Positions 1 through 16,200 of a DNA stretch of 64,000 bases are shown piece by piece. The stretch is taken from contig CAZVGR010000005.1 of the NCBI GenBank assembly GCA_964626845.1, positions 36,557 through 100,556 on the forward strand. Direction: 5' to 3'. This DNA comes from an uncultured Anaerolinea sp. GTDB lineage: Bacteria > Chloroflexota > Anaerolineae > JAAEKA01. Within the stretch, counting starts at the first letter, position 1. Each line of letters begins with the position of its first letter. The position numbers were made by a program, and so were the translations under genes. The notes beneath the pieces were generated by a model. The model saw nothing but the letters and a program-made list of their open reading frames with translations, was not told the origin of the DNA and searched no databases.

Positions 1-1354
1 CGTGGCAGTCGTTGCACTGCAACGCCTTCTCCTTGGCCTGCACCATATGGGTCGTCGGATAGGCCATGGTGGTCTCGGTGAAGCCGAACTGGCCGGAGAA
101 GTCCAGACCCGCGTCCTGCGCGCCCAGCGCCAGGGCCGATGGCCAGTCGAAGGTGGTCCAGAAACCGCCCTCGCCAGCCGTGCGCGGCGGAATCAGGATC
201 TGGTTGAGCGTGTCGTAGGGCTGGTTGGCGGTGTGGATCTTGAAGGGGAAGATCTTGGCCGTGGGATCGTTGAAGCTGCCGGCTGGCGTCACCAGCGCCG
301 TGGTCTGCGTTGGATCGATGGGATCGCCCAGCAGGTAGCGGTAGGCCACGTTGCCGTTGAACCACAGATAGGTGGGTTGCAGGTTCTTGTCGTAGTTGAA
401 CGTGCCCTTGATCTTCAGATATTCGTAGTGATCTTCCGGCAGATCTTGGCCGGCCGTCGACCAGTCCCAGGTGGTCTTGGTGGGATTCTTCAGCGCCATG
501 GCGGGGATGTGGCAGGTCTGGCAGGCCACACTCTTGCTGTGCAGGGCGATGCGCTCGTCCTGGTGGAAAGAACCTTGATGGCAGTCCTCGCAGGCCACTT
601 GCTCGGCCGGGTCGATGACGATGTTGTCGGCCAGCAGCCGGCCCTTGATCACGTGATCCTGCGTGGTGTGGCAGTCGGTGCAGATCATGTTGTGGCGGCC
701 CATATGCACGTCCAGGTTCTCCGACGGGAAGTAGAGGCTCTCGTCCAGATCGCCATGCTTGACGTTGTTGCCGCCGCCGCCGTCGAAGTGGCACTTGCCG
801 CACTCCTCGCGCGTCGGCGCGCGCACCGATTTCGCCGCCGCCGCCAAGTCAATGGTCTCGGCCGGCAGGCCGTAGTCGTCCTTGTTGTAGATCGCAGCGT
901 CGGCGTGGCAGGCCAGGCAGTCCACGTTGGCCGGCTCGGCGAAGTCGAAGCTGTCGTCGGCCCAGCCATAGCCCGCGTGGCAGGTCATGCACTGCCGCTC
1001 GTTGCCCTGGGCGCTGATGCAGAAGTTGTTGATCTGGTTGGCCTTGCCCACCGTCACCGGCTCGTCGCGCCAGGCCACGTCAAACGGCTCGCTCTCCCAA
1101 GTCCAGTGCGTGGTGTGCATGAAGTCCTCAGCCGCCTGGGCGTGGCACTCCAGGCAGGCGCGGGTCACGTCCTGGCCAGTCGCGAAGGGTCCCTTGACGA
1201 TGCTGCTGTGGTCGGTGTGGACCGGCCGCTTGGGCACGAAGGACCACGGATCTGAGTTGGCTGCGGCGCTTTGCGAGCTGGCTGCAGCGCTACAGGCGGC
1301 TAGCAAAAGCCCGGCTACCAGGAGGATTAAAGGCAGGAGAAGTTTTCGTGGCAT
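1..1354 (-). CDS. Multiheme c-type cytochrome lipoprotein (>=8 CXXCH; octaheme tetrathionate-reductase/HAO-like family), 3' end runs off window
   Basis: Manual minus-strand translation from ATG 1354: MPRKLLLPLILLVAGLLLAAC (signal + lipobox LAAC) then CLECH, CMTCH, CLACH, CGKCH, CTDCH, CEDCH, CQTCH, CNDCH. The listed + ORF 2..1255 is its antisense shadow. Not in the ORF track because no stop lies inside the window. Confidence 0.75.
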   Translation of the reverse strand, partial: MPRKLLLPLILLVAGLLLAACSAAASSQSAAANSDPWSFVPKRPVHTDHSSIVKGPFATGQDVTRACLECHAQAAEDFMHTTHWTWESEPFDVAWRDEPVTVGKANQINNFCISAQGNERQCMTCHAGYGWADDSFDFAEPANVDCLACHADAAIYNKDDYGLPAETIDLAAAAKSVRAPTREECGKCHFDGGGGNNVKHGDLDESLYFPSENLDVHMGRHNMICTDCHTTQDHVIKGRLLADNIVIDPAEQVACEDCHQGSFHQDERIALHSKSVACQTCHIPAMALKNPTKTTWDWSTAGQDLPEDHYEYLKIKGTFNYDKNLQPTYLWFNGNVAYRYLLGDPIDPTQTTALVTPAGSFNDPTAKIFPFKIHTANQPYDTLNQILIPPRTAGEGGFWTTFDWPSALALGAQDAGLDFSGQFGFTETTMAYPTTHMVQAKEKALQCNDCH

Positions 1355-1389
1355 GGGGTCTCTGCGCGACAATCGTAGCTCGAAAAATG

Positions 1390-1530
1390 GTAACTGCTCA
1401 GCCGGCCGGTCAGAAACCGGGTTTTCTCGTTGGGCAATGATTTCTGAGCTTGCAAACGCATTGCTCGGGGCTATGATAGCCGCTTCCGCAGCAAAAACCC
1501 GGTTTCTCTAAGCCCAGCCTGAGCAGTAAC
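1390..1530. mobile_element. MITE-like element, family 2 (141 bp, imperfect ~35-bp TIRs GTAACTGCTCAG.../...CTGAGCAGTAAC), flanked by perfect 8-bp direct repeat GAAAAATG
   Basis: Near-identical 142-bp copy at 30449-30590. TSD GAAAAATG at 1382-1389 and 1531-1538. Internal inverted repeat GAAACCGGGTTTT/AAAAACCCGGTTTC. Confidence 0.8.
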
Positions 1531-1540
1531 GAAAAATGAT

Positions 1541-1619
1541 GATCCGTGCTCGGTGACCGATAGACGATGATCGGTGAAGCGCGGGCCGACCAGCGAATAT
1601 CGGTCACCGAGCACGGATC
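1541..1619 (-). terminator. Long hairpin (22-bp perfect arms GATCCGTGCTCGGTGACCGATA / TATCGGTCACCGAGCACGGATC, 35-nt loop) overlapping the stop of the PocR regulator gene; possible terminator or structured element
   Basis: Perfect inverted repeat read directly. On the minus strand it is followed by ATCATCATTTTT. Atypical for an intrinsic terminator (long loop). Confidence 0.3.
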
Positions 1620-2409
1620 ATTGTCCATTCGCCTGAGACGTGAGCTCCGCTATCCGTGCCAGCGTCTGCCGGGCTTGGTAGCTCTGATAACCAATGCTGG
1701 AGATGGCGTTGGCGATGGTTTGCAGGAGGGCCGTGATCTGTAACGCCTGCTCGTGCGAGATGACGGTGAGCGTATCCATGGCTTCTGTCAGCGCTTCGCC
1801 GGAGACGCCCAGTCGCTCCCCGGTGGCCAGGGCGCGCTGGCGAAACAACACAGGGTCAGGCGGCTCGGTGAAGAACTGGCCGGCCGTGACCAGGCCAAAG
1901 CGCAGCCGGTTGACGCTGACCGGCGCGCTGGCGTATTGGATGCCGGCGTGACAGACGTGGATCGCCGCGTCTTCCCTGTCCAGCAGCGCAATCGAGCGCC
2001 ACGACTCCTGGCAGGCCGCCATGCCCTCGGGCTGACTGTGGATGATCTGGCAAAAGCGGCTGCAGCGGCTGCACGGCGCGAAGGGCTGGCCCTCCAGGTC
2101 CGTGATGAAGGCCGCCACGCCCACCAACTGGGCGAACTGGTTTTGGATCGCTTGCAGCGTCGCGACGTCGATCAGATCGTCCAGCTCCAGGTTCACCAGA
2201 TCAGGTGCAGGCTCCTTGAAGCCAGACCTGGACGCCGGCTCGCCCTGCTGCCCGGCCAGCCAGCGATCGATGGCTTCGGCCGAGAAGCGCCACTGGCCGC
2301 CTATGCGCAGTGCGGGCAGCTCGCCGTCCTTGACCATGCGGTAGATGGTCACGCGGTCCAGTTGCAGGTGGTCTTGTAGTTCACGGGTAGTAAGTAGTCG
2401 GTCGGCCAT
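1618..2409 (-). CDS. Transcriptional regulator: N-terminal excisionase/MerR-like helix-turn-helix + C-terminal PocR sensory domain
   Basis: 263 aa. N-term LTTRELQDHLQLDRVTIYRMVKDGELPALRIGGQWRF (HTH_17-like). C-term PocR-like region with conserved cysteines (APCSRCSRFCQ ... VCHAG). Divergent from an AT-rich promoter region at 2410-2560. Confidence 0.7.
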   Translation of the reverse strand: MADRLLTTRELQDHLQLDRVTIYRMVKDGELPALRIGGQWRFSAEAIDRWLAGQQGEPASRSGFKEPAPDLVNLELDDLIDVATLQAIQNQFAQLVGVAAFITDLEGQPFAPCSRCSRFCQIIHSQPEGMAACQESWRSIALLDREDAAIHVCHAGIQYASAPVSVNRLRFGLVTAGQFFTEPPDPVLFRQRALATGERLGVSGEALTEAMDTLTVISHEQALQITALLQTIANAISSIGYQSYQARQTLARIAELTSQANGQ

Positions 2410-2560
2410 AGCTTACCCTCTGGATCAAGTGAGGTCTGGTAGCAGCATGGGGCCTTGAAAACAAGTTTGATTATGCTAGAGAATACGATTAAAGTAACTT
2501 TTTGTCAAATTTTATAAAATCATATATCATTCTGGTAAGAACGATAAGAAGGAGTTACCT

Positions 2561-2971
2561 GTGAAGATTGCAGTCGTCACTGATAATCAAACTACCATCA
2601 GTCAGCACTTTGGCCGCGCCCACTATTATCTGGTCTTCACCGTTGAGGATGGACAGGTCGTGCAGCAGGAGTTGCGTGACAAGCTGGGCCACGACCAGTT
2701 CCAGCATGAGGAGCACAGCCATCATGATCATGATCACGGCCATCAACAAGGGCATGGCTTCGGCCAGCACTCGCAGGACAAACACAGCCGCATGATGGCC
2801 AATCTGACCGACTGCCAGGTCTTGCTGGCCGGCGGTATGGGCATGGGCGCCCACGCGAACCTGGAAGCCATTGGGGTCAGGCCGATCCTGACCAGCGTGC
2901 GGGAGATCGACGCGGCGCTGCAAGCCTATCTGGCCGGCGAGCTGGCGGACCAGCCAAGGCTGCTGCACTAG
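2561..2971 (+). CDS. NifX/NifB-C-terminal (dinitrogenase FeMo-cofactor-binding family, PF02579-like) protein with a His-rich insertion
   Basis: GTG start preceded by AAGGAG. MKIAVVTDNQTTISQHFGRAHYYLVF is the hallmark N-terminus of this family. Insert HEEHSHHDHDHGHQQGHGFGQH. C-term DCQVLLAGGMGMGA. Confidence 0.7.
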   Translation: MKIAVVTDNQTTISQHFGRAHYYLVFTVEDGQVVQQELRDKLGHDQFQHEEHSHHDHDHGHQQGHGFGQHSQDKHSRMMANLTDCQVLLAGGMGMGAHANLEAIGVRPILTSVREIDAALQAYLAGELADQPRLLH

Positions 2972-3144
2972 GGCGATCCGCGGCGCGGCTGGAAACACCG
3001 GCGGTGGGCGTGGATTACCGAGTCTCCAATCTACGTTTACCCCGGTGTTCCCAGCCGCGGCTGATGTGCCCCCGTTTCTCCACTATACGCGTCTGCTGAC
3101 GCCCCCTCCAGTGACTGCGCAGAAGGTCATCGCAGCTTGGGCAG

Positions 3145-4302
3145 CTAGGCAGGGGCTAACTCCAACAACACCTGCTCCAAGGGCGCTTCTGGCGGGCCGG
3201 CCGGCAGCGTGAACCAGAAGGTACAGCCCTGGCCCAGCCCGGCGCTCTCGACTCCCACCTGGCCGTTGAGCTTGGTCACAATACGCTGTACGATGGACAG
3301 GCCCAGGCCGTGGCCGATCGCCTGACCTTGATCGATCCGGGTGAAAGCGCTATACAGCCTGGCTTGCTGCTCCGGCGTCAGGCCAGGTCCGTGGTCGCGC
3401 ACCCAAAAGCGCACGTAGCCATCGATCGGCTCGGTGGCGCCCAGCTCGATCTGCGCCGGGCTGCCGCCATATTTGATGGCGTTGCTGATATAATTCACCC
3501 ACACTTGCTCCAGCCAGGGGACATAGCCCAGCGCCGAAGGCCAGGTTTCTGGCGCCTGTATCTGCGCTCCGGCTTCTTTTGCTTCCCCCGCCAGGCGCTC
3601 CAGGGCTTCATGCACCGGCTGCTCCATGCTCACCGGCGCCACGCGCAGCTCCATCTGGCGAACCTCGGCCAGCAACAGCAGTTCTTTGGTGATGGTTGAC
3701 ATCTTGAGGAGGATCTCAGTCAGGCTGGCCAGAAAAAGCTGGCGGTCTTCCGGTGGATACAGATCCTCTGCGCCTTGAAGCAGATCGGCATAGCCCAAAG
3801 CCACCGCAATTGGGTTGCGCAGGTCATGGGCCACGGTGTGTGCATAGGCGTGCAGATCGGTGATCAGCTCATCGCGCTCGACAATCTGCTGCTCAAGCCG
3901 CCGCTGGAGGCTGCGCAGCGTGAGGTGAGTTTGCACCCGCGCCAGAATCTCCTCCAGTTGAAATGGCTTGGTAACATAGTCTACGCCGCCCGCGGTGAAC
4001 GCCTTGATCTTATCCTCGGTCTCGCTCAGCGCGCTGATGAACAGGACCGGAATGTCACGCGTGCGCGGGTCGGCTTTCAGCAACTTGCAAACCTCGTAGC
4101 CGTCCATGCCTGGCATCCGAATGTCCAGCAGAATCAGGTCGGGCGGCAAGGTCTGCGCGGCGGCCAGAGCCTGAGGACCACTGCGCACCGGCCGGGCTTG
4201 ATAGCCGTTTTCGGTCAGCATCTGAGACAGCAGACGCAGATTGGCCGAGGTATCGTCGACGACCAGAACACTGGCAAGACGATCAGTTGGTTGGGAGGTC
4301 AT
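3145..4302 (-). CDS. Response-regulator receiver fused to histidine kinase (REC-HisKA-HATPase)
   Basis: VLVVDDTSANLRLL...DLILLDIRMPGMDGYEV...KPF (REC), then HDLRNPIAV (H-box) and HATPase motifs (GLGLSIVQ). 8 bp downstream of the preceding kinase gene. Confidence 0.8.
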   Translation of the reverse strand: MTSQPTDRLASVLVVDDTSANLRLLSQMLTENGYQARPVRSGPQALAAAQTLPPDLILLDIRMPGMDGYEVCKLLKADPRTRDIPVLFISALSETEDKIKAFTAGGVDYVTKPFQLEEILARVQTHLTLRSLQRRLEQQIVERDELITDLHAYAHTVAHDLRNPIAVALGYADLLQGAEDLYPPEDRQLFLASLTEILLKMSTITKELLLLAEVRQMELRVAPVSMEQPVHEALERLAGEAKEAGAQIQAPETWPSALGYVPWLEQVWVNYISNAIKYGGSPAQIELGATEPIDGYVRFWVRDHGPGLTPEQQARLYSAFTRIDQGQAIGHGLGLSIVQRIVTKLNGQVGVESAGLGQGCTFWFTLPAGPPEAPLEQVLLELAPA

Positions 4303-4310
4303 GGTAATCC

Positions 4311-6493
<2,183 letters not shown>

Positions 6494-6497
<4 letters not shown>

Positions 6498-8449
6498 AAC
6501 GAGCTCTCTTGGTATTCTGGCGTATGATCTTCTTGGCGATAGCATTCATCAAGGGTGAAGTAGAAGCCAGCGCCTTGGGCAGGGGCGGCGTCGGCCCAGA
6601 TTTTTCCGCCGTGGCGGTGAATGATGCGCTGGACGATGGTCAGGCCGATGCCGGTGCCAGGGAACTCAGAAGCCTTGTGCATCCGCTGGAACGGGCCGAA
6701 CAGCTTTTGGGCGTAGGCAGGATCGAAACCGGCTCCGTTATCCCGCACCACAAATGCCGGCTGGCCATCCAGGTCAACCTGGCCGAACTCGATGCGCGCC
6801 TGCGCCGTCTTGCTGGTGAACTTGAAGGCGTTGTCCAGCAGGTTACTCAGCGCAATCTCCAGCAGGTTGGCGTCGCCGATGGCGGTCAGCCCCGGCTGGA
6901 TGACGAACGTCACCTGCCGCTGCGGGGCTGATGCTTGCAGCGTGGCGGTCAGCCGTGCGGCCATGGCGCTCAGGTCGACCGGCTGGCAGCGCATCTCGGC
7001 GCGCGCCAGCCGCGCCAGGTTGAGCAGGTCGTCGATCAGCCGGGCCATGCGTTGGGTCTCGGAACGCACCCGATGCAGGTAGCTTTGCGCCTGCGGGTCA
7101 AGCTGGTCACCGTAGTCTTCCAGCAGGGCCAGGCTCCAACCGTCGATCCCGCGCAGCGGCGAGCGCAGGTCGTGCGATACCGAATAAGAGAACGCCTCTA
7201 GCTCGCGGTTGGCCGCCTCCAGTTGGCGCGTGCGCTCCCGCACCCGCTGCTCCAGCTCGGCGTTCATCTGTTGAATTCTGGCCTCTGCCAGCCGGCGTTC
7301 GGTCACATCTTCCCCGATGCTGGCGACGCCAATGACCTCGCCTTTGGTGTTGCGCAGGATGGTGTTGTTGAACCGCACCCACCGCACATCACCCGAGCGG
7401 GTCAGCAGCGGATTTTCGGCATGGGCGGGCATATCTTCGCTGCGCAGCCGGGAGAGGATGGTCTCCTTCACCTGCTGCCAGTTGGACGGCGCAAAGCGCG
7501 GGAAGTACTCCTGGCCCAGCACTTCCTCGCGCGGCCAGCCGGTCAGTTGCAGCAAGTAATCGTTGCAGAACGTGACGCGGCCCTCCAGGTCCAGCGTAAC
7601 CGCCACCAAATCTACTTGCTCCAGCAGCTCGCGGTAGCGCGCCGCGTTGAGCCGGGAAAGCGCCCAGTAGTTCTGGGCAAAAAAGACCGAGCTGAGCATC
7701 AGGGCCGAAAGAGTCAGGCTGACAGCCAGGCTCCTCTGGGCGCTGGTCGCTTCAAGGCGCCAGTGTTGCTCGGTGGGCGCAAAGAACAGGTTCAAAACCT
7801 GGGCGTCTTGCAGGTTGATACTTTCTCTGACTTCATCGCCCGCGTGGCGCTCTGTCCAGTTCTCCGACACGTAAACGGCGTTTGCTTCGTTGAGGAGCTG
7901 CACGGCGTAATCTGCCAGGAGGTCTTCGGTCAGCGGCGCGGTGAAGCTGGGCAGATCGACGATGCCCAGCACGAAGCCCTCCAGCCGGCTGCCGGTATAG
8001 ACGGGCGCCAACAGCCTGATCTGGGAGGGCAACAGGGGGATGGCGCTGGCTAACTGGCCTACCAGGCCCTCTCCTGCGGCCGTTGGCACACTGAGGCGCA
8101 GCATGTAGTCCCGGTCGATCCAATGGATGGTCTCAAGGCCCGCAAACGAGTCGATGTAAAACGCGGCGTCCTTGATCCACAACTCCTCTTTCTGGGGGGT
8201 ATCCAGCCGGCCGCGGCCGGCCAGCCGATTAACGGCGTTGACGATGCCGCGATAGCGGATCTCGGCGTCGCTGGAAAGCGCAATCGCGTTGGCTTCGGTT
8301 TTTGCGCGCAGTTGCGCGAGGTTGCTTGCCTCTTGTGCTTTCCAGACAACAATTGAAAGGGCCGTCAGACCGACCGCCAGCACAGCCAGGAAGAGATTGC
8401 TGGCCAGAAAAGGCTGGGATCTGCCAGACTGCGTGTTCGAGGGGGCCAT
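6494..8449 (-). CDS. Sensor histidine kinase with N-terminal TM + extracytoplasmic sensing domain, PAS, HisKA, HATPase
   Basis: TM LFLAVLAVGLTALSIVVW, ~230-aa periplasmic region, second TM, PAS, H-box SHDLRSPLRGI, HATPase (GTGIGLTIVQ). 22 bp downstream of the solute-binding protein gene. Confidence 0.8.
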
Positions 8450-8470
8450 GCGCCGTGCGCTCCTTGGAGC

Positions 8471-10021
8471 CTAGGACCGTTGTTTTTGCCAGGCCGTGTT
8501 CCAGATATCCACGATCGTCCTCGCGCCAAGCTGCTCCAGCTCAGCCAGGTAGGCATCCCAATCCTGGTCGATATCCAGCTCACCGGTGATGAACTGCATG
8601 CTGGTTCGGGCTACGTAGGGGGAAAGTCGTTCGTTGATCAGGCGGATAACCTCAATCGACTGGGCATCCAGCGTGAGCTGCGGGCTGAGCTCAGCCGTCT
8701 CATTGGCCGCAAGGGATCGATCCAGAAAGGCGACGATCTCGTCCGGCTTTTTGTAGTCCTCGAACTCCTCGTTCTCAACCAGGTTGAACATCTGGTTAAA
8801 GCCGTACTCTGCGGCGACATCCAGCGTACCGTCGGGGTTTTTGGGGGTCTTGATGTGGGGCAGGAAGACCTTGCCATCGGCGGTGTTTTCATAGGTCAGG
8901 CCCTCGACGCCCCACACGGTCAGGGTGCGGCCTTCATCGGAATAGATCGCCCAGTCCAAAAAACTGAGCAGCGCAGGCAAGCGGGGATCGTCGGCCATGC
9001 GCGAGGAGATGGCCAGCCCTTTGCGGAAGGGGTCTACGGCAGGCAGCGCCCTGATGCCGATGGTGCTTGCTGGCACAGGCAGAGACGCCCATTCGGCGTC
9101 GGGGAAGCCGTTTTCGTGCAGCGCGTTGTTCCAGTTGGCAAAGCCCGACGTGATCCAGGTGACTGTGACGAAAGCCCGACCGTCTTGCAGCTTGGCATAG
9201 AATTTATCGTCGCTCTGGGTGAACAGCTCTGGATCCAGGATGCCAGCGTCGTAGCTGCGCCGCAGGAAGGAGTACATCGCGCGGTAATTCTCTGTAGCCG
9301 GAGCATACTCCCAGCGGTCCTCGGCGGCGTTGTAGGCGCTGACGCCAGCCCAGCCGGCCGGGATGCCGTAGCCCGCGCCCATCATGGCGAACAAATGCGC
9401 GCCGCCCCACAGTGTGCTGAGCGGAGTCGACTCAGGGTAGAGTTCTTTCAGCTTCACCAGGGCAGCAAACAACTCGTCGTAGGTGGTCGGCGTAGGAATC
9501 TGATGCGCCTCGAACAGATCGCGGCGGTAGATCCACTGCTGCACCTGAATCCTGCGTTGATAGCCGGGCAGCAGATAGTACTTGCCGTTGGCCAGGCGCA
9601 GTTTGTCCAGCTCGCCTTGCAGATTGTTCTGCTCGATGTAGGCCTGGAAATAGGGCATCTGGTCTACATAGTCACTAATTGGCAGCAGCACTCCGGCGTT
9701 AGCATAGCTTTCGATGGGCTTGGGCCAGACCTTCAGGATGATGTCGGGTGGATCGCCCGACTCGAGAGCCTGGACAACGGCTTTTTCGTAGTCCGAGTCA
9801 GCCCCCAGGCGCACATCGAGACTGACGTTCTGGCGTCGTTTGTACTCCTCCAGAATCAGCCAGTCTGGTCGAAAAGGGGCGATCTCACTGTTGTTGAACA
9901 GCACCGAAAAGGTCACCGGTTCAGCGGGTTGAATGGGCTGAGCTGGCTGGGCAGGCGGGGGGACGCACCCAACGGCAAGCAACCCGAGCAGCAAGGCAAT
10001 CACCAACCTTCTGGCGCGCAT
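8471..10021 (-). CDS. Extracellular solute-binding lipoprotein (ABC-type family-1 sugar-binding-protein fold), orphan: no permease/ATPase genes nearby
   Basis: MRARRLVIALLLGLLAVGC (lipobox), PQ-rich linker, ~490-aa SBP-like body. Immediately upstream of and co-oriented with sensor kinase 6494-8449. Confidence 0.7.
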   Translation of the reverse strand: MRARRLVIALLLGLLAVGCVPPPAQPAQPIQPAEPVTFSVLFNNSEIAPFRPDWLILEEYKRRQNVSLDVRLGADSDYEKAVVQALESGDPPDIILKVWPKPIESYANAGVLLPISDYVDQMPYFQAYIEQNNLQGELDKLRLANGKYYLLPGYQRRIQVQQWIYRRDLFEAHQIPTPTTYDELFAALVKLKELYPESTPLSTLWGGAHLFAMMGAGYGIPAGWAGVSAYNAAEDRWEYAPATENYRAMYSFLRRSYDAGILDPELFTQSDDKFYAKLQDGRAFVTVTWITSGFANWNNALHENGFPDAEWASLPVPASTIGIRALPAVDPFRKGLAISSRMADDPRLPALLSFLDWAIYSDEGRTLTVWGVEGLTYENTADGKVFLPHIKTPKNPDGTLDVAAEYGFNQMFNLVENEEFEDYKKPDEIVAFLDRSLAANETAELSPQLTLDAQSIEVIRLINERLSPYVARTSMQFITGELDIDQDWDAYLAELEQLGARTIVDIWNTAWQKQRS

Positions 10022-10065
10022 GGGACTACTCCTTTGTGCTGATTACAGCGTGAACAAAGTCTTTG

Positions 10066-10131
10066 AGGTGCCCGGCACTTGATGCGAGGTCGTCATTACG
10101 TGCGAATCGTCGCATCAAGTGCCGGGCACCT
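10066..10131. mobile_element. MITE-like palindromic element, variant subfamily (core GGTGCCCGGCACTTGATGCGA ... TCGCATCAAGTGCCGGGCACC)
   Basis: 22-bp perfect inverted arms sharing the GTGCC(C/G)GGCAC core with family 1. Related copy at 45796-45899 in opposite orientation. No clear TSD. Confidence 0.5.
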
Positions 10132-10159
10132 ATGCGCAGTTACTTGGTTGACGCTGTAC

Positions 10160-13201
<3,042 letters not shown>

Positions 13202-13234
13202 CCTTCACCTGCCTTTGTGATAAGCCCAACGCCA

Positions 13235-16200
13235 TCAGGTCGTACTCAAGCTGTGGAACAAAGGTCTGTCCATCATTATACCACCAGTCTCCAGGATCGC
13301 ATCGTAGTCAAAATCGTCGATTGAGCGCCGCAGCGCAGCAGCCAGCTCGGGCTGTGCGGCCTCGACCTCGGCCGCCAGCGCCAGAAGCTGCCCGGCGTCG
13401 GCCGCCAGCGCGGCCTGGCGCACCTGCGCCGCCCAGCCGTCCGGCAGCGCCGTCAGGTCGATCGCCGGCGGGGCAGCCGCTGGAGTGACCGACGGCGCGT
13501 CGGCGTAGACCATCTGCACGCCCAGATGTCTGACCAGGCAGGCCACGATCTCTTCTGCGCGATAGGGCTTGCCCACGAAATCGTCGCAGCCATCGGCGCG
13601 CATCGCTGCGTGTTTATCGCTCAGAACACCGGCCGAGATGGCCACGATCACCGTTTGCTGACCCTGGGCGGTGGCCTTGATGCGCCGCGTGGTTTCATGG
13701 CCGTCCAGCGCTGGCATGCGCATGTCCATCCAGATCAGGTGCGGCTGCCACTCCTCCCACACCTGGATCGCCTCCTGCCCGTTCCCGGCCGTGCGCACGG
13801 CGAAACCCAACTGGGTCAGCAAGCCGGCCAGCAGCTCACGGCTTTCGGCGTGATCCTCCGCCACCAACAGGCGGTAATCAGGCTGGCCCGGCGCCAGGAA
13901 GGCTGTGCGCGGCCTGTCCGCCAGCGGCCTGCCAGTCTCGCCGTCCGCAACCGCCAGGCGCAGCGGCAAGACCACCTCAAAGCGGCTGCCCTCGCCAGGG
14001 ATGCCCGCGCTGAAGGCCGTCAGATCACCGCCCATCAGACGGGCGAATTGCTGGCTAATGGGCAAGCCGAGCCCGGTGCCGTCAGGCGCGTTGTGCCCAT
14101 TGGCAGACTGCACAAACGGCTCGAAGATCGCTGTCAGGTCGGCGGGCAAGATGCCAGAGCCGGTGTCTTGCACGGCGATCAGCAAACGGTCGTCGTCGCC
14201 GCCAGTTCGCTGCGCCGACAAGTCGATGCGACCGGACGGGGTGAACTTGACGGCGTTGCTCAGCAGGTTGATCAATATCTGGCGCAGCTTGCCTTGGTCG
14301 GCGTGGACCCAACGCGGCAGGCCGGGCCAGACTGTCAACGTCAGACTGATCCCCTTGGACTCGGCGCGCAGGCGGAACAGATCTGCAATATCTTCCAGCA
14401 GGTGGTGCAGGTTGAAGTCGCCCTCTTGCAGCACGGTGCGGCCTGCCTCGATCCTGGCCATGTCCAGCACATCGTTGATCAAAGCAAGCAAGTGATCACC
14501 GCTGCGGTTGATGATGGCCAGATTCTCGTGTTGCTTGGCGGTAAGATTGGCATCTCGGGCCATCAGTTCAGAGAAGCCCAGAATGGCGTTCAGCGGTGTG
14601 CGCAGCTCATGGCTGATGCTGGCCAGAAACTGGCTCTTGGCGCGATTGGCCGCTTCGGCCTGAGCGGCCATCTGGCTGGCGTGAGCTGTCTGCGCCGCCA
14701 ACTGGGCATTGGCCTGCCGCAGTTCCTCTTCGGCCCGTTTGCGTTCCCTGATATCGCGACTCACGCCGAGAATCTCCACGAAACCGCCGCTGGGACTGAG
14801 GATCGGAAACGCCATGACCTCGGCCCAGATGGTAGAGCCATCCTTATGGATGTATTCAAGCTCTCCCCGAAAACTCTCCAGCGGAAGACCTGCCTCTACA
14901 GCGGCCCATAAGTTCTGGTAGTACGCCTGGACAACAGCCTGGGAAGCAGGCGTAAGGATTTGCTCCAGCGGCTGCTGCAACGACTCGGCAGGCTTTACAC
15001 CACGCATCTGTTCGACCGATGGGCTGACATAAGTCATGCTGCCGTCAAGTCCATTCACCCAAACGACATCTCTGGCATTTTCGGCCAACAGCCGGTGGCG
15101 TATTTCGCTGATGCGCAGCGCTTCCACGGCCTGTTTGCGTTCCACTACAGACCAGACGGCATCCATCAACAATGACACCTGGAAGACATCGTCTTCCTGA
15201 TAGTCGGTTGCTTTGTTGGCCAGGCCGATCACGCCCACGATTTGTTGGCCCCGCCAAATCGGCGTCGTCATAAAACTCGTCAATCGTACATGGCCATCTG
15301 GAAGGCCTTTTTTCAAAGCATGGTTGGCCTGGAAGTCGTTGACAATGATCGGTCTGCGCTGACGAACGGCCTCACCCCAGATGCCGGTCTTGTCCAGCTC
15401 ATAACAGGTCTGCGGATTCACCACGTCGCAGTCAGGCATAACCTCCTTCGACCACGTGTTGAGGACAAATTCCTGGCGGTCCTCGTGGTAATGATAGATA
15501 TAGCCGATCTTGCTTTCAGTCAGCTCAATCGCCTCGGCCAGGGCGTAATCGAGGAATTGCTGGACGGACTCGGCCGGGTGTTTCAGAATGTTGACCAGTT
15601 TCTGCAGACGCATGTTGCTGCGTGTGATCTGCTCCTCTGCCTGCTTACGCTCGGTGATGTCCTGAAAAACCCCATAAACGCGCGCCGCCTGGCCGTCTTC
15701 TCGGTCAACATTACCAATGGCTCGCACCCAGAGATGATTTCCCTTCGCCGTGATGAAAGGCAATTCAAGATCAAAGGGCAGGTCTTCGGTCAGCGCCCGC
15801 TCAATTGCTTTCTGTATAACCGGCCGGGCGCTGGGTGCATAGAAGTTGATGGCAGAGTCCAGCTCAAGACGAAAATCAGGCTCCACCTCGTGAATCCGGT
15901 AGGTCTCTCGGGTCCAGGTGAGTTGGTTGGTCTTCAGGTCAAGCCCCCAGCCGCCGACCTTGGCCAGACTGCCCATGGTGCTCAGCAATTCCTCGCTCGC
16001 CCGCAGATCGTTCTCCATCTGCTTGCGTTCGCTGATATCGCTGATGCTGGACATGACACACGGTTCGTCGTTGACCACGATGACCTGCGCCGAGATCAGC
16101 CCGGTAAGCAACTCGCCTGATTTGCGGCGAAACTGAACCTCGCGTGCCGGCAAATGGCCCTGCGCTACCAGCCCTTCCAGCAGGCTGTTGCGATCTTCCG

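Noticed and set aside
2-1255. 417-aa ORF on the + strand at the window start
   Set aside because: Antisense shadow of the multihaem cytochrome gene (1-1354, minus). It has no motifs and Ala/Arg/Gly-rich shadow composition. The minus frame gives a signal peptide and 8 CXXCH.
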